This document shows positions 11,040 to 21,098 of a stretch of 64,000 nt of DNA, piece by piece. Position 1 is the first letter of the stretch. Every line of letters begins with the position of its first letter. Both the position numbers and the translations under genes were made by a program. This DNA comes from Candidatus Methanoperedenaceae archaeon (GTDB lineage Archaea > Halobacteriota > Methanosarcinia > Methanosarcinales > Methanoperedenaceae): assembly GCA_963753595.1 (NCBI GenBank), contig CAVWCX010000004.1, positions 27,929-91,928 on the forward strand, written 5' to 3'. The notes beneath the pieces were generated by a model. It saw only the letters and a list, made by a program, of their open reading frames with translations, ran no database searches and was not told where the DNA came from.

Positions 11040-12849
11040 ATCTTTGTGGGCGAAACTGACATCATTTGGTGTAGTGGAATAACGGATGTTATTTTTACTG
11101 ATAGTCCTGCCAATTGATCTTATCTGGATATTTTCGCTGCCGACATCATCTTTGGCATCATAAAAGAAACCTGAGAAGCTCTGGGGTGTCCAGCTATATG
11201 TTTTAGAGAAGTCATCAGGGTATCTTTCACCATCCCATATTCGATTGCCTGTATTGTAAGTTATAGGATGGACCTTGATTGTCCATTTGCGAATATCGCT
11301 TCCATTATTATTACTGAGATTTGCAGTAATGTTATAACTTCCTGATGTATTTCTGCTAAAATAGTAAATTACGGTTTCGGAAGCATTAACGGATTTAGAA
11401 GTAAGCGGATTAGTATTACTATTTTCATACCAATTCAGGGTTCCGCCCTGAAGGCTTCCAATTGTCACTGTGAGGTTTATTTGTTGACCGACTGCTATTT
11501 CCTGCGCAGGTGTTAATGGCGGGTCAATACTGGATATTTTCGGTGAAGGGTATTTGGTTGTGAAACTATCAACTGTAGAATTACTGAAATAAGTCGGGTT
11601 GGTTCCATTATATGCGAAAATACTATAATAGTATGTTGTCGCCTGTTGTAGATTTGAAAGAAGAATAGTTCTTATCGTGTCAAGAGGAGTTGTTGAATTT
11701 GACAAAGTAGCATCTGTACCGTATATGATTTTGGTTTTTGCATCGGTTTGATTTACGGTAAAAGAAATGCTGATACTATTTTCATTCGGAATGCCAACAG
11801 CTTTATTTGAAATATTAGGTGGAGAAGGATCCACGGTTACAAAATTATAAATAGAAGAATTACTTGCAATACTGTTATTTAATGCATTATATGCAAAAAT
11901 TTTATAAAAATAAGTTGTCCTTTGAGTTAAACCGGTGAGTTGTATCGTTCTTGAAGGACCTGATTCATTCTTACAGGGCCCAGATATTAATGACCCATTA
12001 TCAGTACCGTAATTGACACAGGTCTTTGCATCATTCTGGTCTACACGGAACGTTATATTGGCGCCAATATCCGTCGGTCTGGCATCTATTGAACTAATAA
12101 TTGGCTGGGTAGGATTAGGTGTAGTGAATCTAAAAATATCTGAAATAATATACTAAACCACTATCTGTTCCATTAGACAAATAAACACGATAATAATATG
12201 TTGTATTTTTGGAAAGACCTGAAAGAGATATTGTCCTTGTAAGGCCAGAATCGTTATTCCAGACAGATCCCGATCCCAGACTAAAATCATTTCCATAGGA
12301 AACCCTGGTTTTTGCATCGGTTTGATTTATCGAAAATGTAATGTCGACGCCTGTCTCTTTTACAATAATGGCCGGAGGTACTGTAGTAAAGCCAGGAGCT
12401 GTTGGCGGGCGGTTTGTAACATTCCATAACCACGTATGGCTCACATTTGCAGTCCCATTAAATTCGACCGCATTTACTGTAATGGTCGTAAGACCCGGAG
12501 TAGCAGTTCCAGTGAAGGAAGATACTGTATTATTTATTGTGGATATGCCACCAATGGACCATGTAAAATTTGATATTTTATCCACGGTTATTGTGAAGGT
12601 TCTTGATTCTCCTGTAAAATTGGAAACACTGGTCCCGGAAGATGGTCCCGGTGGATTAGCCTGTACTTCCGTAAGTGCCCCTCCAACCATTGATAAGAGA
12701 CCTGAAATCAATACCATTAGGATGATACCTTTTACTGATGCATTCATTACCATATTTTTTCCCCTCGAATCATTTTCAATCATTTCTCCAGTTCCTTCCA
12801 TGTCGCAAAAAGGCGCATGATAAGACCTTTGTGTCATAAGAACTCATCA

Positions 12850-12866
12850 TATATAAATAATTTCTC
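12850..12866 (-). promoter_or_regulatory. Probable BRE/TATA promoter of the S-layer gene
   Basis: The minus strand reads GAGAAA-tta-TTTATATA about 100 bp upstream of the start. Confidence 0.5.
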
Positions 12867-12941
12867 CGACAAAAGCCAACTAACAGCAGTTTAAAATGAA
12901 TTTTTATTCATATATGATTTAAATAAAAATAAAATATTCAT

Positions 12942-13673
12942 TTAAAAAAAGCTTTTTAATACATTTAAGAAAGAATTTTTCTGTTCTATTTTTTCGCTAT
13001 GGCGCCATTCAATGAGTTTTTCAAGGGTTTTCTTGGTAATGGGTAAGTATCCGGTGTAATAATTGTTGGGCTTCAAAAGTAGTTTGTTTTTAAGATCTTC
13101 CTGGATCTTTAAGAATATCAAATTCTCCCATACAAGATGAAGATCATGTTTATCCATCATCTCGATCTTCGACTTTTCAATATGTTCATTACTGGACTTG
13201 ATATAGTTATGATATATGGATTTCAATAATTCAGTGCTGCCATTATCCTTCAAAAAGAAACAAACTGTTGAAGGAGAATTTCGCAGGGCATAATCCATAT
13301 AATCCTCGTCAGGAAGTGAAACGCCGTTGATCTCCCCGAATGATTTTTTCAGTTCCATTTTGTAAAATATCAGATTATTCTCATAATATTTCGTTACCAT
13401 CAGTTTTGACAATTCTTTGTTGTCAAGGAGTTGCGCAATGGTATGGATCGTACCAAAATCTGTTTTGAATTTTAATATGCCTGGGGGAATTTTATTTTGG
13501 GGGCTTTCCCCAATACGCCCAAAATCCAGTAAACCCATTTCATTTAACAGTTCAACATTTTTGAAACTTAGTCTCTTGTTCTTTGTAATAATTGATAATT
13601 CAATACCATCATTTTTTGCGATAAGTAATATCAGTTTTATTAAGGTCTTTGAATTTCTTTTTCCCGGGGGCAT
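12942..13673 (-). CDS. Hypothetical protein
   Basis: 243-aa ORF with no recognised motif. Confidence 0.6.
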   Translation of the reverse strand: MPPGKRNSKTLIKLILLIAKNDGIELSIITKNKRLSFKNVELLNEMGLLDFGRIGESPQNKIPPGILKFKTDFGTIHTIAQLLDNKELSKLMVTKYYENNLIFYKMELKKSFGEINGVSLPDEDYMDYALRNSPSTVCFFLKDNGSTELLKSIYHNYIKSSNEHIEKSKIEMMDKHDLHLVWENLIFLKIQEDLKNKLLLKPNNYYTGYLPITKKTLEKLIEWRHSEKIEQKNSFLNVLKSFF

Positions 13674-13736
13674 TCATGATTACTATGATAATTATAGGAT
13701 TTATATTTAATCCTTTAAAACATGTGACTTTTTAAT

Positions 13737-14327
13737 TCATTCCATGCTAAAATTTTCAAGTGCTGCCAAAACGTCTTCAAAATTTGCCCCTTTCCTGATT
13801 ATCTTTCGATTAACAAGGTCAACCACTGTTGAAGGCTCGCCTTTGCATTCCCCGCCGTCAATGATATAATCCGCGCTTACCCTGATCTCATCCACTCTCC
13901 GTGGCGGCGCTTCCCCTGAAAAGTTGGCACTCGTGGATGTTATCGGGACTCCTGCAAGCTGGATGAGCTTGATGGTGGTTTCATGCGCCGGGAATCGTAT
14001 CCCCACAAGTTCCGATCCTGAAGTGAGCATATCAGGGACTAACTCCTTTTTTTTAAGAACGAAAGTCACAGGTCCTGGCAGGAATTTATCAATAAAAAAC
14101 CTTTCATTTTTCCCGATATACACAAGGTCTTCCATCATGCTAATATCAGAAACAGCAACAGAAACAGGCTTATCCTTATCCCTTTTCTTGATGGCGAACA
14201 CTTTTTCAAGTGCAATATTTGAGAAAATATTTGCTCCGATGCCATATACGGTTTCCGTGGGATAGATGACTATACCATTATTTCTGATGATTTCTGATGC
14301 TTTCCTGATATCCGTACCTATGAGCAT
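13737..14327 (-). CDS. sua5: L-threonylcarbamoyladenylate synthase (Sua5/TsaC)
   Basis: YPTETVYGIG, K-x-R and STSANFSG motifs. Confidence 0.92.
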   Translation of the reverse strand: MLIGTDIRKASEIIRNNGIVIYPTETVYGIGANIFSNIALEKVFAIKKRDKDKPVSVAVSDISMMEDLVYIGKNERFFIDKFLPGPVTFVLKKKELVPDMLTSGSELVGIRFPAHETTIKLIQLAGVPITSTSANFSGEAPPRRVDEIRVSADYIIDGGECKGEPSTVVDLVNRKIIRKGANFEDVLAALENFSME

Positions 14328-14384
14328 GAGTGGCCCCTGAAATTTGAAATATCGTTACCGATCAGGAAATATGTGTTTGAAAAA

Positions 14385-14679
14385 ACCACAGAGAGCACAG
14401 AGGACACAGAGAAAACTGGTACGCTCTGTGCTCTCTGTGTTCTGGCATGAAAATTAACAACGAACTCGTACGAACCAAACGAACTCACGCCACAGGAGTT
14501 CGTTTCAGTTCGTTTTAGTTCGTTGTTATTGTCTAATATCAAACACCGCAAAGCACGCGAAGAAAAAGTATTCTCGGAATATTTATCAAGAAATCGGTGC
14601 TTTGGGGTTCCTGAAAAATAAGATAGCAATATTTTGAAAAAAATAACCGCGGATGAACGCAGATAAACGCAGATTTGTT
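14385..14679. repeat. Cluster of 9-10-bp-periodic palindromic miniature repeats
   Basis: Three CACAGAG units followed by CTCTGTG units (14385-14445); three ACGAAC units followed by three GTTCGT units (14455-14528); a CGCAAAG remnant; three AACGCAGAT-like units (14645-14679). Confidence 0.85.
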
Positions 14680-14682
14680 GCA

Positions 14683-14919
14683 TCACGCCGGAACGATCGT
14701 CAAAGACGATACCGGGCAATTGCGGGTGCATATGCCGCAGGCGATACAGACATTCTGGTCGATCACTGCTGCACCCATTGTCACTGCGATCGCAAGCTTT
14801 GCCTTATTTACATCAAAATCATCCGCTTTTGAAAGTTTCATATTCTGCGGGCAGACCGATACACATATTCCACATCCGTTGCAAATATCCGATTGCATTA
14901 ATTTCTTGTCCTTTGCCAT
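14683..14919 (-). CDS. 2x[4Fe-4S] ferredoxin
   Basis: Two CxxCxxCxxxCP motifs in 78 aa. Confidence 0.9.
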   Translation of the reverse strand: MAKDKKLMQSDICNGCGICVSVCPQNMKLSKADDFDVNKAKLAIAVTMGAAVIDQNVCIACGICTRNCPVSSLTIVPA

Positions 14920-14957
14920 AGTATACGATACCTCTTAAGGTAATATGAATATTTCGA

Positions 14958-16055
14958 TTAATACTGGGGTTCTAATCCTTCAAGCCTGTTCTTTATTTCC
15001 TGGTTCAATCCCAGTGTCTGCTCCTTTCTCTCCCGTTCTTTATGGACCGCATCGATACCTATTTCAAATAACCTGTCAAGCTCAGAAGAAGAGCTTATCG
15101 AAAGCAAGGTCAGGACTTTTGGCATATGTCCGTCCCGCAAGAGAATACCTTTGAATATCTGCCCTATTTCGCTTGATAACTTCTCTACTTCGCTTGTTAT
15201 GTCATTGATATTCAGGTATTTTTGATCTCCTTCAATTATTATCATCGCGCGGTTTGATTCTTTATATGGATCAAGCTTAAAAAGAAGACCTGCCTGTGAA
15301 ATACTATGCTGGATAACACCTTTTATAGGCATATTTTTATCGCCCACACCGAAACCCATTGTTGCAAGCTTTGTTCCGCCGGACATAACAGTCTTAAAAT
15401 CCCCAAGGTCGGTCACCATCATCATTTCGCTGTCAAGTGCCTTTAACAGGAAGAGAAATCTTTTTGCGACAGTAGAATTTATTTCATCATAAGCGTTTTT
15501 TATATCCTTTCCGAGATGTTTCAAATACTGGTTATCTACAATTATTGTACCATCACAATTCCCATCCATTATTTCTTTTACGCAAAAGATGGAATTTTGC
15601 AGGTATATTGAACCCTCTTCCCTGAATGGGAGGACAATTATCCCATACACATTATATTTATATCGTTCTTTCATCGCATCTATTAAAAGGGGCGCAAAAG
15701 ACGAACCAGTCCCGCCTGACGATGAAGCCATAACAAATGCTACATCAAAATCGCCGCGCTCCTCGATAACCCGAAGCAGCAGTTCTTTATTTTCCTCAAA
15801 AGTCTGTTTTCCAACATTCCTGTTAGCCCCGACCCCATGCAGATGCGGCACCTGTATCCTGTCTTTAGCTTTTGTATGCTTCAATTCTTTCAGGTCATTT
15901 ATGGCCGTATTAATAGCGATAGTTTCAACATGGCTTTTGAATTTCTGTGTCCCATAATATTTTGCGAGGGAACTTCCACCAAACGCTTCTTTGTTAATGG
16001 AATCAAGTATTCTGTTACCACATTGTCCAACTCCGATAATAAGTACATTCAGCAT
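14958..16055 (-). CDS. Tubulin/FtsZ-superfamily GTPase (CetZ-like)
   Basis: GVGQCGNRI, AINT, GVGAN, SSGGTGSS, LPFREEG, IVDN and a DLGDFKTV T7-like loop. Confidence 0.85.
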   Translation of the reverse strand: MLNVLIIGVGQCGNRILDSINKEAFGGSSLAKYYGTQKFKSHVETIAINTAINDLKELKHTKAKDRIQVPHLHGVGANRNVGKQTFEENKELLLRVIEERGDFDVAFVMASSSGGTGSSFAPLLIDAMKERYKYNVYGIIVLPFREEGSIYLQNSIFCVKEIMDGNCDGTIIVDNQYLKHLGKDIKNAYDEINSTVAKRFLFLLKALDSEMMMVTDLGDFKTVMSGGTKLATMGFGVGDKNMPIKGVIQHSISQAGLLFKLDPYKESNRAMIIIEGDQKYLNINDITSEVEKLSSEIGQIFKGILLRDGHMPKVLTLLSISSSSELDRLFEIGIDAVHKERERKEQTLGLNQEIKNRLEGLEPQY

Positions 16056-16062
16056 ATTTCCT

Positions 16063-17241
16063 CTAGAACCTATACTCCCTATGTCTTTTCATAATAAATA
16101 ACACTACTCCAGCTATGATTATTATAGCGGGGATAAGGATATACAGGTAATTTTTTTCTCTTTCGGTCACAGTAATAGGATCGGAATTAGAAGAGGAACC
16201 TGTAGGATCATCAGAATAACTGGTTTTTAATTGAATAGAATAATTTCCACTTTCAACTGCTTCTAAAGTAGCAGAATATTCTTCGGATTCATCCGGCTCA
16301 ATTTTTGTATATGCCTGTCTTAAATCCCCTTCAATTACTTCCATTCCTTTCGGAACAGTTCCTTTTACAAGTATTGATTCAGCAGATACGTTGCCTTTAT
16401 TTGTGATTTTCACTGTTACTTTGACCGGATCTCCAGTAAATATATTATCTTTATCAAGTGTAATATTGGTTAATAAGTGAGACCTCTCTTTTTTCTCCTC
16501 AAGAACAGTCAAAGAAACAGAATTTGATCGTGCACTTTTTGAACCGTATTTTACAGTGGTGGGTTCAATGTTATATGATCCCGATTCCACTGCCTTCAGG
16601 GCGAACAAAAGCTCAAGGCGTTCTTCAGGTTTAAGTTCATCTTGTATGGCGGGTGGGAATCTTGAACCTGGCGCGCTTGTAAATCCTGGCGGGAACCTGT
16701 CATCCAGAGTAAGATTGTAAGCTGTCCCATTACCTGTGTTTTCCAATATCAATTTAAATTCAACAACATCACCTTTATTAAGTGTTGTTTTATCGACTGA
16801 TTTCGTTAACACGATATTTGGTATTTTCTCAGCGACCACAGGTATTTCGATGTTATATTTTATGGGACTTCCCCAATTCTCAGGGTATTCCACTAAAACC
16901 CTTGCAACGGTTTGAGTAATAAAAGACGAATTAAGAGTGATCTTATTAAAAGGTTCAATATTAACAGATGGATCTTCATTTTCACGTAAATAATACTGTT
17001 TTGTCAATCCACCTGTTATCAGGTTGACCTTAACGAAGGGCATATCGCCAGGTTTACTGATCTCGATGACCTCTATTTTATAATATCCTTTCATGAAATC
17101 TAATCCAGTGTTATTTTCAAGGAAAAATGACTCGTTTTTGAGAGCATTAACAGGCATTGAAAATATTAATAAGAATAATAATAGAAAAGAGAATTTATTC
17201 ATCAAGTTATAACTTTTTTTCCGATTCGGGATCATCTGCAA
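16063..17241 (-). CDS. Membrane-anchored surface protein with two DUF11/BatD-like Ig domains
   Basis: Signal peptide; LTKSVDK...GDVVEF...ENTGNGTA and a second copy; C-terminal TM with a basic tail. Confidence 0.8.
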   Translation of the reverse strand: MQMIPNRKKSYNLMNKFSFLLLFLLIFSMPVNALKNESFFLENNTGLDFMKGYYKIEVIEISKPGDMPFVKVNLITGGLTKQYYLRENEDPSVNIEPFNKITLNSSFITQTVARVLVEYPENWGSPIKYNIEIPVVAEKIPNIVLTKSVDKTTLNKGDVVEFKLILENTGNGTAYNLTLDDRFPPGFTSAPGSRFPPAIQDELKPEERLELLFALKAVESGSYNIEPTTVKYGSKSARSNSVSLTVLEEKKERSHLLTNITLDKDNIFTGDPVKVTVKITNKGNVSAESILVKGTVPKGMEVIEGDLRQAYTKIEPDESEEYSATLEAVESGNYSIQLKTSYSDDPTGSSSNSDPITVTEREKNYLYILIPAIIIIAGVVLFIMKRHREYRF

Positions 17242-17307
17242 AGCAGTATATAATATCGATTATATTTAAACCTTATGAGCATAATTTTTATAATGACAAA
17301 ATATATT

Positions 17308-19149
17308 TTACATCTCTATCCTTGAGATAACCCCGTGAAGCTTGTGAGGTGGAAGCTTATAAAATTGAACAAACGCCGGAGTAAGCTTTTTAATTGTTGA
17401 ATAGATTCTCCAGATAACATTGTCCGAAACAATGTCCTCAAGACCGTAGAAGATGGTCTTTTCCTCAATTGCGTTCTCCTTTAAAAGAGCTTCAACATCA
17501 ACAACTTCCATATATCCCATATATATCTCAAATACTCTTAACCCGTCTGAAAGGTCGCTCTTTAACGAACCTGAAACCCCGAATGGATTCTCTGTTTTAA
17601 TAAGGGAAACAATTATGTTATCCTCATAAATGATATTATTTTTAAACATTGTATTGACCATATAGGGAGGGATCCTGGTGATCTCTCGTGCAAAGAAAAG
17701 GGCTGTGCCTTTTATTTTAGGCATATTTTTGTAACATTCATTATATATCTTAAGAAAATCGTCAAGCATCATTGGTGAAAGCGCCTGTCCAAGTTTTTTC
17801 TGGCCTGATGTATATATCATAATTACACTGAATGGAATTAACGCAAGGATTATTGACCAGTACCCTCCGGAAGGTAGCTTATGGAGACTTGAAAGAAGGA
17901 ATGCAATATCTACAATTGTAAGAAATATTGCGATCGTGAATTTTGACATCTTTTTCCTCAAATAGAAGATCCATGACATCATTATGCCAGTAAGCACCAT
18001 GTCGCCTGTGACTGCAAGACCATATGCTGCTGCGAGACTGTGCGATTCCTTGAAGATGACCATGACCATAAGCACCGAAAAAAGCAAAAACCAGTTAGCT
18101 GAATCAATATATATCTGTGACTGGAGTTTCCGTGACGTATAATCCACTTTGAGCATTGGCAAAATACGTGTCGTTATTCCCTGGTACACTATGGAGAACA
18201 TACCGCTTATCATAGCCTGGGATGCGATCACTGTTGCAATAATGCTAAGCACAAGAAATGGTATATAAAGTATCTGAGCCTGGTGAAAAATCATCTCAAA
18301 AAGTACGCTTTTTGTTTCTGGATGCCCGATCACATAGGCCCCCTGTCCCAGGTAATTCAATAAAAGGGCAATAAATACAAATTTCCACGCCCTGACTATA
18401 GGAAGTCTTCCCAATTGTCCCATATCAGCGAACAGTGCTTCCCCACCTGTGGCGCAAAGTATGACCTGGGATAACACGAAGAATCCTGCAATACCGTTTT
18501 CCAGTAAGAAAATGATAGCATAGTATGGATTTATTGCCTTGAGGACTGATGGGGCTTGTATTATTGAGACAATACCCGAAACTGCCAGCGCAATAAACCA
18601 CAAGAACATTAAAGGTCCGAACGCTCCCGCGACTTTTTCGGTTCCTTTTTTCTGGACTGCAAAAAGGATTATCGCAATGAGTGCCGCGATAAAGACCAGC
18701 ATTTGTTGCCCTGTTCCCTCAAGCCCCGGGATCAATTTCAATCCTTCAACAGCGCTGAGTATGCTAATTGCAGGTGTGATCACACCATCTCCAAAAAGAA
18801 GTGATATGCCGATGAAAGAAAGAAGAGAGACAAATCCGATTTGTCTTCCCGACTTCAACAGGGGAATAAGTATTTCACGAAGAACTATGGTTCCTCCTTC
18901 GCCTTTTTGGCCAAGGCTCATCGCAAGCCATGAATATTCTATAGACACTACAATAATCAGTGTCCAGATGATGAGTGAAAGGATACCCAGGACATGGTCT
19001 TCAGTAAGACTGGTCATTAATAAAATAACTGTCAAAGTATAGATAGGGCTTGTACCGATATCACCGAATACAAGACCCAGCGATTTTATAATTCCTTTGA
19101 TAGTTTCCCTGTGAAGCATGTACTTATTCAATCCTATCGCTAAATCCAT
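17308..19149 (-). CDS. kup: KUP/HAK/KT potassium transporter, copy 2
   Basis: GLVFGDIGTSPIY, GEGGT, GDGVITPAIS, TGGEALFADMG and GLAV motifs. Confidence 0.95.
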   Translation of the reverse strand: MDLAIGLNKYMLHRETIKGIIKSLGLVFGDIGTSPIYTLTVILLMTSLTEDHVLGILSLIIWTLIIVVSIEYSWLAMSLGQKGEGGTIVLREILIPLLKSGRQIGFVSLLSFIGISLLFGDGVITPAISILSAVEGLKLIPGLEGTGQQMLVFIAALIAIILFAVQKKGTEKVAGAFGPLMFLWFIALAVSGIVSIIQAPSVLKAINPYYAIIFLLENGIAGFFVLSQVILCATGGEALFADMGQLGRLPIVRAWKFVFIALLLNYLGQGAYVIGHPETKSVLFEMIFHQAQILYIPFLVLSIIATVIASQAMISGMFSIVYQGITTRILPMLKVDYTSRKLQSQIYIDSANWFLLFSVLMVMVIFKESHSLAAAYGLAVTGDMVLTGIMMSWIFYLRKKMSKFTIAIFLTIVDIAFLLSSLHKLPSGGYWSIILALIPFSVIMIYTSGQKKLGQALSPMMLDDFLKIYNECYKNMPKIKGTALFFAREITRIPPYMVNTMFKNNIIYEDNIIVSLIKTENPFGVSGSLKSDLSDGLRVFEIYMGYMEVVDVEALLKENAIEEKTIFYGLEDIVSDNVIWRIYSTIKKLTPAFVQFYKLPPHKLHGVISRIEM

Positions 19150-19210
19150 CTCCCTGAGACTATCTCATTCCTTTTAATTGTTTCTAAACAAAAGTATATA
19201 TATTTAGATT

Positions 19211-21040
19211 TTACATTTCAATCCTGGAAATGACACCATGAAGCTTATGGGGCGGAAGTTTATAAAATTGGACAAATGCAGGAGTATTTCTTTTTATAAC
19301 CGAATATAGCTTCCATAATAAATTTTCTGTGACAATATCTTCAAGGCCATAGAATATGGTTTTTTCCTCAATTCCGTTCTCCTTTAATAGAGCTTCAACA
19401 TCAACAACTTCCATATATCCCATATATATCTCAAATACCCTTAACCCATCTGAAAGGTTACCCTTCAACGAACCGGAAACCCCGAATGGATTTTCGGTTT
19501 TAATAAGGGAAACAATTATGTTATCTTCATAAATGATATTATTTTTAAACATCGTATTTGCCATATATGGGGGTATCCTTGTGATCTCTCTTGCAAAGAA
19601 AAGGGCGGTGCCTTTTATTTTAGCCATGTATTTGTAACATTCATCATATTCCCTAATAAAATCATCAAGCTTCATTGGTGAAAGTGCCTGACCGAGTTTT
19701 TTCTGGCCGGATGTGTAAATCATGATAATACTAAAAGGTATTATCGCCAGTATTATTGACCAGTAGCCTCCGATTGGAATCTTATGAAGACTTGACACCA
19801 GGAATGCCATATCCACAAAGGTAACAAGTAATGATATCAAAGTCTTTAATCTATTGCCCTTTAAATAAAATATCCAGGTCATCATAATACCTGTAAGGGT
19901 CATGGTTCCGGTAACAGCAAGACCGTAGGCTTCCGCAAGCAGAAATGATTGCTTGAATATGAACATGACAGTTAGAACTGAACCCAGCAAGAACCAGTTT
20001 GCAGAATCAATGTATATCTGGGACATCATTTCCCTGGATGTGTAATCCACTTTCAGCATAGGCAGGACACGTGTTGTAATTCCCTGATATACTATTGAGA
20101 ACATGCCGCTGATCATCGCCTGGGAGGCTATTACCGTGGCAAGGATACTTAAAATAAGAAATGGGATATAAAATATTGGAGCCTGGTGGAATATCATTTC
20201 AAAAAGGACATTATGCGCATCGGGATGCTGGATGATATACGATCCCTGCCCCAGATAATTTAATAACAGGGCAATTAATACAAAATACCATGCTCTTATT
20301 ATTGGAAGTTTTCCCAGCTGCCCCATGTCTGCATATAATGCTTCTCCTCCTGTGGCACAAAGGATGACCTGGGAAAGTAAGAAGAATCCTGTAATACCGT
20401 TCTCTGCAAGGTAGGTTATTGCAAAGTATGGATTAAAAGACTGTAAAACGGTCGGATAATTGATAATATTGATAAAACCGGAAAAAGTCAATGATATGAA
20501 CCACAAAACCATGACCGGTCCGAATGCCCATGCAACTTTTTCCGTTCCTTTTTTCTGAACTGCAAATAATATGATCGCGATAATGGCGGCTATGATAACG
20601 AGTGTATCTATACTTGTCCCTTCAAGTCCCGGGATCAGTTTCATACCTTCAACCGCGCTGAGTATGCTGATGGCAGGAGTAATTACGCCATCCCCGAAAA
20701 GAAGTGATATGCCAATAAAAGTGAGCAAAGTGACAAATGATATCTTCCTGCCCGACTTCAGCATGGGGATAAGCAATTGCTGAAGAACAATGGTGCCTCC
20801 TTCACCTTTCTGGCCAAGGCTCATGGCGAGCCATGCATATTCTATTGTAACTACGATAATGAGTGTCCAGATAATAAGTGAAAGAATACCCATAACGTGA
20901 GGAATCGTAGGTGGGGTCAATAAAAAAATAACCGTGAGAGTGTATATCGGACTTGTTCCAATATCCCCGAAAACAAGGCCCAATGATTTTATAATACCTT
21001 TTATGGCCTTTTTATCAAGCATGATCCACTCTCCTTTCAT
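19211..21040 (-). CDS. kup: KUP/HAK/KT potassium transporter, copy 1
   Basis: Same KUP signatures; tandem paralog. Confidence 0.95.
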   Translation of the reverse strand: MKGEWIMLDKKAIKGIIKSLGLVFGDIGTSPIYTLTVIFLLTPPTIPHVMGILSLIIWTLIIVVTIEYAWLAMSLGQKGEGGTIVLQQLLIPMLKSGRKISFVTLLTFIGISLLFGDGVITPAISILSAVEGMKLIPGLEGTSIDTLVIIAAIIAIILFAVQKKGTEKVAWAFGPVMVLWFISLTFSGFINIINYPTVLQSFNPYFAITYLAENGITGFFLLSQVILCATGGEALYADMGQLGKLPIIRAWYFVLIALLLNYLGQGSYIIQHPDAHNVLFEMIFHQAPIFYIPFLILSILATVIASQAMISGMFSIVYQGITTRVLPMLKVDYTSREMMSQIYIDSANWFLLGSVLTVMFIFKQSFLLAEAYGLAVTGTMTLTGIMMTWIFYLKGNRLKTLISLLVTFVDMAFLVSSLHKIPIGGYWSIILAIIPFSIIMIYTSGQKKLGQALSPMKLDDFIREYDECYKYMAKIKGTALFFAREITRIPPYMANTMFKNNIIYEDNIIVSLIKTENPFGVSGSLKGNLSDGLRVFEIYMGYMEVVDVEALLKENGIEEKTIFYGLEDIVTENLLWKLYSVIKRNTPAFVQFYKLPPHKLHGVISRIEM

Positions 21041-21098
21041 TATTGATTTCTCTAAGAGAGATTAAAAGGTATTAATGATTTCCAATCAAAAAAAAAGG

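Larger units (their letters stand above)
8613..12753 (-). pseudogene. S-layer domain protein (signal peptide, 3 Fn3-like repeats, 2 Methanosarcinales S-layer domains, Ig-like domains, C-terminal TM); one frameshift near 12152
   Basis: TGNRIWD / W(T)P..F.GF(F/Y)Y / GFMADKYFAG repeated twice. The ORF ending at 12130 continues in another frame (IISDIFRFTTPNP...NFVTVDPSPP) straight into ORF 8613-11834. The ATG at 12753 follows GAGGGG. The frameshift may be an assembly error. Confidence 0.85.

Noticed and set aside
12130-12132. Pyrrolysine readthrough of the TAG in the S-layer gene
   Set aside because: The coding continuation is in a different frame, so it is a frameshift rather than amber readthrough.
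14385-14679. CRISPR array
   Set aside because: The units are 9-10 bp, arranged as palindromes without unique spacers, and no cas genes are present.
14318-14731. 137-aa ORF across the repeat cluster
   Set aside because: Its low-complexity translation (SVSSVLSVV, ICVYLRSSAV) is a by-product of the periodic repeats, and it overlaps real genes at both ends.
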